Below, piece after piece: positions 9,071-18,147 of a DNA stretch of 64,000 nucleotides. The position numbers and the translations under genes are program-made. Position 1 is the first letter of the stretch. Each line of letters starts with the position of its first letter. Origin of the DNA: Patescibacteria group bacterium (GTDB taxonomy: Bacteria > Patescibacteriota > Minisyncoccia > UBA6257 > GWB1-50-10); NCBI GenBank assembly GCA_023474215.1, contig JAMCYI010000001.1, positions 2,836 through 66,835 of the forward strand. Direction: 5' to 3'. The notes beneath the pieces were generated by a model. The model saw only the letters and a program-made list of their open reading frames with translations, was not told the origin of the DNA and made no database searches.

Positions 9071-9616
9071 ATGAGAAAAAAGATTGTTGTCGGCGCAATA
9101 ATTTTGGTGGCGATAGTCATAGCGTACATCGGTGTCAGAGTAGCGTATAACCAGTATGAATGGAATCATAGTAAAGCTACGATAGCTAGTCCTGCCGTAG
9201 TAAACCCAACTCTTACAGGTAGCGTTACCACTGTTGGAAACGGCATAAGCATTACAGCTGATGCCGTGCAATCATCCGGTGTTATTAGTCAGACTTCTGC
9301 TGGAGATAATTCCGTGCTCAACTTAGTCGGTCCGGCGTTAGTGAAAATAACGGTAAACACTTCAGGTAGTAACTGCGCACTGGCTAATGCGTTGGGCGGG
9401 AGCTTCATGTATGGTCAATTCAAAACGCCAATTAGCGGATCTGCCGAAAAAACAGTCAGTTTTCCAGCGGATGGGATAATGTTCATGAGCGGCGTGTGTA
9501 TGGATTCCAGCGGCAATCCTATTGGTTTACCCAATAGTTTGATCGTGGAAACCGTCTCTAAAGGTGAGACGTTGGATAACCACGGCGCTCTTCAGACGGT
9601 TAACATGCCATGGTGA
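9071..9616 (+). CDS. membrane-anchored extracellular protein, paralog A
   Basis: N-terminal TM KKIVVGAIILVAIVIAYIG; shares VQSSGVI / CMDSSGNP motifs with 9703..10296. Confidence 0.55.
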   Translation: MRKKIVVGAIILVAIVIAYIGVRVAYNQYEWNHSKATIASPAVVNPTLTGSVTTVGNGISITADAVQSSGVISQTSAGDNSVLNLVGPALVKITVNTSGSNCALANALGGSFMYGQFKTPISGSAEKTVSFPADGIMFMSGVCMDSSGNPIGLPNSLIVETVSKGETLDNHGALQTVNMPW

Positions 9617-9702
9617 ACACTGCCGAAATGTAAGGGTTTGCTCTAATTTTATCCTTCCCTTCCTACGGCACATTATCATTACCCCATACAAATAATTAGA
9701 TC

Positions 9703-10296
9703 ATGAACGAAAAACCGAGAAAGAAAATATGGAGACATTGGTGGTTCTGGACGTTGATAGCGGTTTGTATAATGGCCTTGGCGGTCGCAGTGGTGCGCCT
9801 GCGCAACCAGAACAAGGTGCATTTGCCCAGTGGTCTTCCACAGAAACCTGTCAGTATGCCGTTTACTGGTACGTATGCCGCCTCGTCAACCGGCTATGCC
9901 AGCATATCACTGAGTGTTTTACAGTCATCCGGCATCATCAAAGCCGGAAGTTATAACGGTAAGGTGGGTACGCCCATCGGAGTATCTGCGGAAATAATGG
10001 GGCCAGCCGAACTTGATGTGAGAATCGATTCGATGTCCCAGGTTTGTATAATCTCGCATTCACTAGATATTACAACCGGGAGGGGCACATCATTAACCCA
10101 TGCGGTTGAGGTAACGCTCAACGTGCCCCCAGGCGGATTCATTAACTACTACGTCTTGTGCAAGGATTCGAACGGCAGCTACCAACTTTCTGAGTTAACG
10201 GTTAATGTATGGAATCCTGCCACGTACGGTACGGAGGCGATGTCCAAAGAGGCATTGACGCAAATTAACCTACCTGGCCTTAACAGCGTTCCTTAA
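9703..10296 (+). CDS. membrane-anchored extracellular protein, paralog B
   Basis: N-terminal TM WWFWTLIAVCIMALAVAVV; LQSSGII, CKDSNGS motifs. Confidence 0.55.
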   Translation: MNEKPRKKIWRHWWFWTLIAVCIMALAVAVVRLRNQNKVHLPSGLPQKPVSMPFTGTYAASSTGYASISLSVLQSSGIIKAGSYNGKVGTPIGVSAEIMGPAELDVRIDSMSQVCIISHSLDITTGRGTSLTHAVEVTLNVPPGGFINYYVLCKDSNGSYQLSELTVNVWNPATYGTEAMSKEALTQINLPGLNSVP

Positions 10297-10313
10297 GGGC
10301 ACTAATATAAAGG

Positions 10314-10348
10314 CTCACTGCTGGTCTTGTTTTTTGAAGATTCGAGCC
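10314..10348 (+). repeat. 35-bp exact direct repeat copy 2
   Basis: identical to 8639..8673. Confidence 0.9.
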
Positions 10349-10508
10349 GGCAATTTTCGGCAATAGGGGAGAGAAGCCACTTTTTGGCGATGGCGAGCGA
10401 TTTCTCTTTTTGAATACTTAGCTTTTCACCCTCCGCCAAAAAGTTCGAGCCGAAACTGAATCTACACCTTGAAAGTCGCCTCAGTAGAGTATCTATCACT
10501 CATATTTA

Positions 10509-11024
10509 CTAGATATCGTCTTGCCCAATTCCCATTTCTTTTCTCATTTCTTTTTTGACGTCTGCTAAGGCGGCCAGTAATTTCGTAATATGTTCTTCCT
10601 TTTGCAAACCAGAAAGACCTTGAGATTTTCCGACTAATTGAGCAAAGACCCTCGCTTTTTCTTCTAGCTCTTCTTCACCAAATAAGTTGATGGGGGACAT
10701 TGCGTTGCGAGTTTCTTCGCTATCTTTATCTCTAGCCTCTTTCATTTCCTTGGCAAGCGTCTCAAGTTGTTCTTGGGAAAAATTAGAGGTATCTATTTCT
10801 TCTTCAATCTGGATATCCCTAATGGTCTTGATGAAGTGAGAAAGAGCGTTTACGTAGGCCGTCTTCTTCGCGTCGAAAAGCCTCTGCTTCCTTTGCTCTT
10901 CTTTCTGAAATTTGATTTGGATTTGCAGGCGTCTCTCCTCGGATTTGGTTTGTCTACTTGTTGCCCATGCGGCGATGATGCCTCCAGATATGGTCCCCAA
11001 GAGAGTGAAAATTGCTATAAGCAT
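10509..11024 (-). CDS. membrane-anchored coiled-coil protein (171 aa)
   Basis: N-terminal TM then K/E/Q-rich helical region. Confidence 0.45.
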   Translation of the reverse strand: MLIAIFTLLGTISGGIIAAWATSRQTKSEERRLQIQIKFQKEEQRKQRLFDAKKTAYVNALSHFIKTIRDIQIEEEIDTSNFSQEQLETLAKEMKEARDKDSEETRNAMSPINLFGEEELEEKARVFAQLVGKSQGLSGLQKEEHITKLLAALADVKKEMRKEMGIGQDDI

Positions 11025-11118
11025 ACCTTTTATCTCATTAATTCTCCGACTTTTAGTCGTGCCTGGAAGAGGGCACGGGATATGCTGTTATCTTAACATT
11101 TTTAGCTATAATGATGGC

Positions 11119-11703
11119 ATGGATCCACTTGAGTTTTTAAAGAGTAGGGTTAAAGAAGGGTCAGAGGAACAGCTTAATAATGTAATTGCTAAGGGTGTAT
11201 TGAAACTGGGCGACGAGCAGATTGCCACGGTCGCATTCGTTTTTTGGCTGGTCTATATGGCCGAAACTGAATTAAACGCCGCTACGAGCCAGTCGTGGGC
11301 CATCGTGGAGAAGTTCGCCCCTCAAGGTGTAAAAGAGATGGTAGCGGACAGGGTGCAAAAATTAGCAGGAGGACGCAAAAAGTTAGATCTCAAAAATCTT
11401 GAGTATTTCTCAGATAAGATTAGGGTCTACGAGGCACTACTCGGAGACAACAAACTAAAGAGACTTCTATGGAAATTGAACGATATAAGAAACGACCTGA
11501 GCCACAATCGCGTTAGCAATCTTAGCTACGATGGTGAGTCACTCTCATTAAGGAGCACCAAGGAAAAAATTTTGATTGATTATTTTGACGCTGTTTTGAA
11601 TAGCGATGTCACTACATCGGACACCTGGAACTCTCTTAGCGAAGATAACAAAAAGGTGGTGAAGTCGATTGCGCGAGAGGTCAAAAAACAGGGCCTCAGT
11701 TAA
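11119..11703 (+). CDS. hypothetical protein with HEPN-like R-N-x3-H motif (KLNDIRNDLSHNR)
   Basis: RNDLSH fits HEPN Rx4-6H with polar residue after R; TATAAT at 11106-11111; low-GC island. Confidence 0.4.
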   Translation: MDPLEFLKSRVKEGSEEQLNNVIAKGVLKLGDEQIATVAFVFWLVYMAETELNAATSQSWAIVEKFAPQGVKEMVADRVQKLAGGRKKLDLKNLEYFSDKIRVYEALLGDNKLKRLLWKLNDIRNDLSHNRVSNLSYDGESLSLRSTKEKILIDYFDAVLNSDVTTSDTWNSLSEDNKKVVKSIAREVKKQGLS

Positions 11704-12311
11704 ATCGGCATTATTCTAGCTCCGCGCCGGGCGAATTCTTTGGATATCCTTTCCAAACCATCTAGGTCAGCTTGCGTTGCAACACTGGCATCCTTGAATA
11801 CATCTGCATGCATAAGGGTAAAGCCATCTATAAAAAGCTTGATTAGTGTGTCGGGAGATATGAACGCAACAGTATGGCCGAGTTTTTTAAATTTCTCATC
11901 CCAGTCCCTTATAACGTCCGTGCTTTCGGAACCGTTAGGCATATTTATGGAAACTCCATTTTCTGGCTCTGGCAAACCGAATGCGTGGACGATTGCACAA
12001 CGGAATTTATACAAAAACTTTTCGTTGACCAGTTTAAGATAAGGGTGGGTTTTATAGGTCGCATTGCTTTCGATAACGCAATATTTTTTCATCCACTCTT
12101 CCAAGAGAGGACGGCCGCCCAGACTGCGGTTATAGAAAGCGTTGTATAAGTTACTGGCGATTTCCAAAAACGAAAATGCTACTAACGCCCTCACCCTAAC
12201 GAACTGCTGATCTTTTCTGAGAACTCCAATTGCGCCGGATATCTCCTCAACCATTTCCCCTAGTCTATCATCGACATCTTTTTTCACCTCCTCGTATCTC
12301 TTGATATCCAT
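11700..12311 (-). CDS. hypothetical protein (203 aa) convergent with and overlapping the HEPN-like gene by 4 bp
   Basis: ORF track; no recognised motif. Confidence 0.45.
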   Translation of the reverse strand: MDIKRYEEVKKDVDDRLGEMVEEISGAIGVLRKDQQFVRVRALVAFSFLEIASNLYNAFYNRSLGGRPLLEEWMKKYCVIESNATYKTHPYLKLVNEKFLYKFRCAIVHAFGLPEPENGVSINMPNGSESTDVIRDWDEKFKKLGHTVAFISPDTLIKLFIDGFTLMHADVFKDASVATQADLDGLERISKEFARRGARIMPI

Positions 12312-12549
12312 GTTGTATGTTTTTAATTCTAAACCACCTCGTAGCTAGAGGGTAGTGGGAAATCCTCCTGCCCGTGCGCGGGAGTGGCGGGGCAGAGGCA
12401 GAACCGCGCGGAGAATGAACCATGATGTGCTAAGGAGGGAAAAATGGCGGAAGGGAAATTTTCTCCCGCCTTATCTTGTGCGCATCTTTCTCTTAAGATA
12501 ATTTCATAACGCTCCCCGTACTGAATTCGGATGTGTTAGAATATATGCA

Positions 12550-12951
12550 ATGAGCGAGGGGGAGAAAATCATAAATTGGCTAGAGAGAAATTGGTTTAGA
12601 TTAGGTGTACTTCTAATTCTGATTGCGATCGGAGCCGCTATTGTCTATTACATTGCAATCTTCTTACCGGACAGGCAATCTCAACTGGATCAGGAGAAGA
12701 AGGATGCTGTTATAGCCAACACGGTGTCCAGAAATAAATGCCTAGCTAATGCGGCGAGTGATTATCGAGACCTTTTAAAAGAGAACACCTACAGTGATGG
12801 AACCTTCAAGAGTACAAACGCTGAGCAGTATGTAGAAAATAAGTATACAGATGAGAAAGACGAATGTTTCAAGGAATACCCAATTAACGCGGATATCCAA
12901 TTGCCCTACGCGGACCCAACGAACATCTTCTATAATTTGCTTAACAAATAG
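12550..12951 (+). CDS. small membrane-anchored protein
   Basis: TM WFRLGVLLILIAIGAAIVYYIAIFL. Confidence 0.5.
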   Translation: MSEGEKIINWLERNWFRLGVLLILIAIGAAIVYYIAIFLPDRQSQLDQEKKDAVIANTVSRNKCLANAASDYRDLLKENTYSDGTFKSTNAEQYVENKYTDEKDECFKEYPINADIQLPYADPTNIFYNLLNK

Positions 12952-13331
12952 ATAAATCTATTTTACAACGCTCTCGGAATGCTTTTTGAATTGCCTGCGA
13001 TACATGAAAAAGGTTCTAACGTCCTCGACTACCGCGCACATTAAACCCCCCGACCCCCGTCTGGGACACCCCCGGGTTTCTCATCAGCCGCACTTTGTGC
13101 GGCTCCTTCCAACACGGGGATTTAATTCTTCCTTCTGCTTTGCAGAAGGATTCTCGTTTTTGGAAGAGAGGATTCGAACAGGGAAGGGGTCGGGAAACCG
13201 GGAGGTTTCCCGTCGCGAAGCTCACGTCAACGCTCGGGTTCGTGGGAGCGAGTTGCTACAGAGCAACTCGCGACGTTTGACTCCTCTCCTGGGCACAAAG
13301 ATTTCATCAAATATCTGCTATAATCCAGATT

Positions 13332-13877
13332 ATGGAATATCTGGATGTCTTGGATGCTCGGGGCAACCCAACCGGACAAAAAAAGACCAAAGCGGAAATT
13401 CACGAAGCCGGGGACTGGCACAAAGCAGTCCATGTTTGGATTGTAAACTCCAAGGGAGAATTGCTAATTCAAAGACGTTCGCCGGAAAAGGACAGCCATC
13501 CCAATATGTGGGATATTTCCGGTGCGGGACATGTTTCATTCGGAGAAGCACCTATCACATCCGCGTTAAGGGAGGTTGAGGAAGAGTTGGGTATATCCTT
13601 CCCGAAGGAAAAATTCGAGCATCTTTTCGGCTTAACCCAGCAATCAATCCAAAAAAACGGCGCCTGGAAGAACAACGAATTCAACGACGTTTACCTGATC
13701 GAAGCGGACTTAGACGTCAATACCCTCAAACTCCAAGAGGAAGAGGTTGCTGAAGTGAAATTCATTCCCTACAAAGAACTCGAGAAAGAAATTTCTTCCG
13801 GAAACGATAAATACGTTCCTCATCCAGAAGAATACCGGCGACTTTTCGAGGAGCTTCATAGAAGATATGCAAACTAA
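13332..13877 (+). CDS. Nudix hydrolase
   Basis: Nudix box GHVSFGEAPITSALREVEEELGI. Confidence 0.85.
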   Translation: MEYLDVLDARGNPTGQKKTKAEIHEAGDWHKAVHVWIVNSKGELLIQRRSPEKDSHPNMWDISGAGHVSFGEAPITSALREVEEELGISFPKEKFEHLFGLTQQSIQKNGAWKNNEFNDVYLIEADLDVNTLKLQEEEVAEVKFIPYKELEKEISSGNDKYVPHPEEYRRLFEELHRRYAN

Positions 13878-14430
13878 GTTCATACTCCACGGCGGATTCA
13901 CCCCCAAGACAGTACAAGAAGATGATGTTTTCTTCAAGGAAATATTGAAGGATGCGCCGCAAAACCCGAAGGTCCTTTTGGTCTACTTCGCCAAAGAAGA
14001 GGACCGCGTGGCGAAAAACCGAGAAGAAGATATCGCTCAATTCGAGAAAAACAGCGGAGACAAAACAATCTCGTTTGAAATCGCAAATGAAAAAGAATTT
14101 TCCGATCAAATTGCCCGGTCGGACGTCATTTATCTCCATGGCGGAAGATCGGTAAAAATACTCGAAACGCTCTCGAAATTCCAAAACCTGGGACAGCTTT
14201 TCAAGGGGAAAACGATCGCAGGCGATTCAGCGGGAGCAAACGTCCTTTCGGTATGCTTCTACAGCCGAGCCAGTGATGGAATATTTGAAGGGCTCGGAAT
14301 TCTGCCAATAAAACTTATCCCTCATTACTCGGAAGATCAAAACGAAAAACTCCAGGAACTCAAAAAACGCCATCCAGATATGGAGACGGTGATACTCTCC
14401 GAATATCAAACAAGGATCTTTTATTTGTAA
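13867..14430 (+). CDS. peptidase S51 (PepE/cyanophycinase-like) family protein
   Basis: HGGRS...IAGDSAGANV catalytic Ser motif. Confidence 0.6.
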   Translation: MQTKFILHGGFTPKTVQEDDVFFKEILKDAPQNPKVLLVYFAKEEDRVAKNREEDIAQFEKNSGDKTISFEIANEKEFSDQIARSDVIYLHGGRSVKILETLSKFQNLGQLFKGKTIAGDSAGANVLSVCFYSRASDGIFEGLGILPIKLIPHYSEDQNEKLQELKKRHPDMETVILSEYQTRIFYL

Positions 14431-14527
14431 CCATCCATTGACGTGATGGCTAAAAATATTGCACAATATGCTCCAGTAATTGGGGGCTAAACCTTTTCAA
14501 TCAACAACAAAAAATACAGGAGTAAGA

Positions 14528-15184
14528 ATGGAACATCAGAAAACAGCGCTCGTTTCCGTCTATAACAAGGACGGGATAGTCGAGTTCGTTCGGGACCTCA
14601 TCGGCATGCAGTGGAGGGTCATTGCATCCGGCGGAACGGCAAAGGTCCTTATGGAAGCCGGGTTGCACGTTACCGACGTTGCAAGCCTTTCCGGGATGGG
14701 TCCCATCCTCGACCACCGGGTCGTAACGTTGGTACCCGAAATCCACGGCGGGTTGCTTGCCTTGCCAAAACACTTTGACGAGCTTGACAGCCTCGGCATT
14801 CCCTGGATAGACCTCGTGTGCGTGGATCTCTATCCGCTGGAAGAAGAGATCAAAAAACGGACATCGACGCGGGAATCCGTCATCGAAAAAACAGACATCG
14901 GCGGCCCAACCATGCTCCGATCCGGCGCCAAGGGACTGCGCATTGTCGTTTGCGATCCGAACGACAGACAAAGGATAGTCAAGTGGATCAAGAAGGGAGA
15001 ACCGAACAAAGAAGAGGTTGTCAGGTACCTCCAAGGGAAGGCGGAATCGGTGGTAGCCGAGTACTGCCTGCGTTCCGGCGTCTATCAGACGCGAGGGAAA
15101 AAAGATCTTCCCATGGAAATAGGAAGATACTTCCGGAATCTCGTGTCGGAAGCCGAGCATCAGATAATCAAACTCACCAGCTGA
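14528..15184 (+). CDS. purH: stand-alone IMP cyclohydrolase (PurH N-terminal MGS-like domain only)
   Basis: ALVSVYNKDGIVEF...ASGGTAKVL...DLVCVDLYPL...TDIGGPTMLRSGAKG matches PurH N-domain; RBS aggagt. Confidence 0.75.
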   Translation: MEHQKTALVSVYNKDGIVEFVRDLIGMQWRVIASGGTAKVLMEAGLHVTDVASLSGMGPILDHRVVTLVPEIHGGLLALPKHFDELDSLGIPWIDLVCVDLYPLEEEIKKRTSTRESVIEKTDIGGPTMLRSGAKGLRIVVCDPNDRQRIVKWIKKGEPNKEEVVRYLQGKAESVVAEYCLRSGVYQTRGKKDLPMEIGRYFRNLVSEAEHQIIKLTS

Positions 15185-15249
15185 TACCAATTTTTATTTG
15201 CCCGCTACAATGCCAATGTAGCGGGTCTTTCATTTGATATAATCAAGGA

Positions 15250-15834
15250 ATGAAAAACAAAGAGGGGTTTTCGAAAATAGCGACCCAACTCGCCGTACTC
15301 GTCGTCATCGTCGCCGCGGGAGGGATCTTATGGTATCTCACGTCGGGGACGCCGCAAGCAAACCTGCCAACGGAAATATCGTTGCCATCAACGACAACAT
15401 GGATGACATTCAACGATCCGGCATTCGGATTCACGTTCCAATATCCGAGCGAATGGGGAACACCGACGACCACGCTTCTTAGCACACGGAGAAGTATCTC
15501 TTTTTCGCACAATAACGACTTCATCGTGGAAGACGGGGGATACTACAATCAGCCGCTCGGCAGGATGCTGACGCTTCCGGAAATAGTGACCGGCTTGCAA
15601 GGCGAAGCGACTGGCTCGATGAGCGCCGCAATCACGTTCGGCGGCGAGCCGGCGACGGCGGTCGTCATGCCCCTCGAGAACGGCGGAGAGGAGGTGGACA
15701 TTTTTGCGAGCGACAAAACCTCAAAAATCAACATAATCCACATCGGGTATGCATTCGACGCAACTCAAGCTGCCGCCGCCCAAACCCTGCTCAATGAAAT
15801 ACTCTCCACGTTTAAATTCACACCGGCGAAATAA
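15250..15834 (+). CDS. secreted protein with pilin-like N-terminus (MKNKEGFSKIATQLAVLVVIV)
   Basis: class-III-signal-like N-terminus shared with 51891..53387. Confidence 0.5.
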   Translation: MKNKEGFSKIATQLAVLVVIVAAGGILWYLTSGTPQANLPTEISLPSTTTWMTFNDPAFGFTFQYPSEWGTPTTTLLSTRRSISFSHNNDFIVEDGGYYNQPLGRMLTLPEIVTGLQGEATGSMSAAITFGGEPATAVVMPLENGGEEVDIFASDKTSKINIIHIGYAFDATQAAAAQTLLNEILSTFKFTPAK

Positions 15835-15918
15835 AGGGGTTCCGGTCACCGCGCAATCTGAAAATAAACCAAAGCAGCCCGATTCTTCGGGCTGCCTTTT
15901 TAATCGATCTCTTGGGAG

Positions 15919-16176
15919 CTAACCTTGTCTCTTCGAAACGAAGAGGTTGTAAAGCCACACGAAGAGCGCACCGCCGATAAAGGCATCGACAAAACCCCAA
16001 ATGCCGCCGACGATCCCGCCGCCGAAACCCGGAGCGTAGCCGATGTAAAACTTTCCGACGGCCGAAACGAAACTCTCGCCATATCCGCTCGGAGCGATCC
16101 AACCGAAAAGGAGGACACTCGCTCCCCAAAGCACTCCACAGGCGAGGGCGAATGATTTTAAATGCAGTTTTCCCAT
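15919..16176 (-). CDS. GlsB/YeaQ/YmgE-family small membrane protein (glycine-zipper)
   Basis: GYAPGFGGGIVGGIWGFVDAFIGGALFVWL. Confidence 0.45.
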   Translation of the reverse strand: MGKLHLKSFALACGVLWGASVLLFGWIAPSGYGESFVSAVGKFYIGYAPGFGGGIVGGIWGFVDAFIGGALFVWLYNLFVSKRQG

Positions 16177-16199
16177 TTTTATTTTAAAGACAGCAACCT

Positions 16200-16481
16200 T
16201 TAAAAATCCGATTTCTTCAAAGCGTTCGCTTGTTCGGGATCGCGTTTCTTGATGTATTCGAAAAGGAGCGCGGCATGCTCTTTTTCTTCGTCGCGGTTAT
16301 GAACCAGAATCTTCCGGAGCTCGCCGTCTTTCGTCGCTTCTATCCGCTGGTTGTACCAGTTGATCGCCTCGAATTCCTCGACGAACGACTGCCTCGCCCT
16401 TTCCAAATCCTTCACTTGATCGGGAAGCTTATCCCAATTCTCTTGGTAGGTTGCCATACCATCATTATACCACACAATCAC
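16200..16481 (-). CDS. small ferritin-like (EncFtn/Flp-like) protein, last gene of znu operon
   Basis: EEFEAINWY and DEEKEH (ExxH) motifs; 4-bp overlap with znuB. Confidence 0.35.
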   Translation of the reverse strand: MIVWYNDGMATYQENWDKLPDQVKDLERARQSFVEEFEAINWYNQRIEATKDGELRKILVHNRDEEKEHAALLFEYIKKRDPEQANALKKSDF

Positions 16482-17338
16482 TTTCTCTCAGTCAAAGAAA
16501 AGTTGGTTATCTTTTGAAGACCGCGCGTGAGGAGATAAAGCAGGAAGACGGCGCTCGCGATGAAGAAACTTACTGGATACGGCTCATAGAACGAAACGAA
16601 AAGACCAAACCACGTGACGAGGAGTGCAATCGCGACCGAAATCATCATACCGCGGAAAGGTTTTTTGGAAAGCCTCATAGCGATCGCGGCGGGCGTCACC
16701 ATAAGCGCAAAAATTAAAAGAACGCCGACCACTTGGACGGCAATGGACGTTGCAACAGCGACGAGGAGCATAAATAAGATGCCAATCCAGATCATTGAAA
16801 GTCCCTTCGCTTCGGCGACATCCTCATCAAGCGATGAAAAGAGCAAAGGATGATAGATGAGAGAAACGGCAAGGAGAATAACAAGCCCGGCGACAAGTGT
16901 AATGGTAACGTTTGCAGAACTAATACCGAGAATTTCCCCAAAAAGAAGCGAGTAGGCTTCCGTAGCATAGCCGCTGTACAAACTAATAAAGAGAACACCG
17001 AGACCGAGCATGAAAGCAAGCACGGTGCCGATTTCGACGTCGCGGCTTGCCGCCTTTCTTTCCAAGAGAGCCATGATAATGCCGCCGCTGCTCGTGAAAA
17101 CCAAAAGCCCGAAGATAGGATTTACACCCATTAAGACCGCGCCGGCTGCTCCCGCAAAGCCGATGTGGGAAAGAGCATGGGCAGCAAAAGAGGATCTTCG
17201 AAGAACGACGAAATACCCCACGATGCCGGCAATGATTGCCACAATCGTGCCGGCTTCGAACGCGTGAAGCATGAAACCATACCCGAGCATAAGCTTGAGG
17301 TCCTGAATAATATTAAAGCTGAAAGTAATGGGATTCAT
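16478..17338 (-). CDS. znuB: metal (Zn/Mn) ABC transporter permease
   Basis: ABC-3 family multi-TM pattern; operon with ATPase and TroA-like SBP. Confidence 0.85.
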   Translation of the reverse strand: MNPITFSFNIIQDLKLMLGYGFMLHAFEAGTIVAIIAGIVGYFVVLRRSSFAAHALSHIGFAGAAGAVLMGVNPIFGLLVFTSSGGIIMALLERKAASRDVEIGTVLAFMLGLGVLFISLYSGYATEAYSLLFGEILGISSANVTITLVAGLVILLAVSLIYHPLLFSSLDEDVAEAKGLSMIWIGILFMLLVAVATSIAVQVVGVLLIFALMVTPAAIAMRLSKKPFRGMMISVAIALLVTWFGLFVSFYEPYPVSFFIASAVFLLYLLTRGLQKITNFSLTERK

Positions 17339-18147
17339 AGTTGGTGTTCGTGCGTATGAATATGGCCTATTTCTTCAACACCGAGAACGGCAATGCGACC
17401 TTGGGAATTTTTTAAAACTTCGACCGGCGTTTCATAGAGCGAAGTAAGAAAGTGAGAATTCAAGATTTCCTCCGGTTTCCCGATGGCAACCTTCCCGTTC
17501 GCAACATAGACGATGCGATCAAGGACGGGGAGGAGGGGATTGATGTCATGGGCAATAAGAAGCGCGGTGATATTCCGCGATTTTGTGACATTCCTGATGA
17601 GTTGGACAAGCTCACCCTGGCGGCGGATATCCAAGCTCGCCAACGGTTCATCAAGGAGGAGAAGATCGGGATCGGAAACAAGCGCCTCCGCGAGGAAAAC
17701 GCGCTGAAGCTCACCGCCCGAGAGAGACCCAAGGGATCGCTCGGAAAGATGTTCCGCACCGACATCCCGCATCATCATGCGGGCTTTTTCACATTCTCCT
17801 CGACAAGGGATGACGAATCCCCATTCGCCACCCGAAATCCCCAACTTAACGAGTTCGATTGCCTCTACGCTCATCTCATTATCGATAAGATGTTTTTGGG
17901 GAACGTACCCGACGCGAGGATTGCCGCGCTTCGGTGGCTCGTCGAGAATGGACAGCTCGCCCGCCGACGGCCGCTTGAGGCCGAGAAGTAATCGAAAGAG
18001 CGTCGTTTTGCCGGCGCCGTTCGGCCCCAAGACCGCCACAAATTCGCCGCGGCCGATCGAGAAATTCGCATCTTGCCAAATAATTTTCCCGTCATATGAG
18101 GCGGCGAGGCTCTTCGCCGTTATCATGCCTTCCGATGTTTTGTTCAT
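17335..18147 (-). CDS. znuC: metal ABC transporter ATP-binding protein
   Basis: GPNGAGKTTL, LSGGELQRV, LLLLDEP. Confidence 0.9.
   Translation of the reverse strand: MNKTSEGMITAKSLAASYDGKIIWQDANFSIGRGEFVAVLGPNGAGKTTLFRLLLGLKRPSAGELSILDEPPKRGNPRVGYVPQKHLIDNEMSVEAIELVKLGISGGEWGFVIPCRGECEKARMMMRDVGAEHLSERSLGSLSGGELQRVFLAEALVSDPDLLLLDEPLASLDIRRQGELVQLIRNVTKSRNITALLIAHDINPLLPVLDRIVYVANGKVAIGKPEEILNSHFLTSLYETPVEVLKNSQGRIAVLGVEEIGHIHTHEHQL

Noticed and set aside
13163-13200. GGATTCGAAC T-loop-like motif suggesting a minus-strand tRNA
   Set aside because: Flanking sequence cannot form T-stem or acceptor stem; at most a degraded fragment
12986-13579. 197-aa plus-strand ORF spanning intergenic region into Nudix gene
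   Set aside because: Runs through hairpin-rich non-coding DNA and then out-of-frame over the Nudix gene; composition not protein-like
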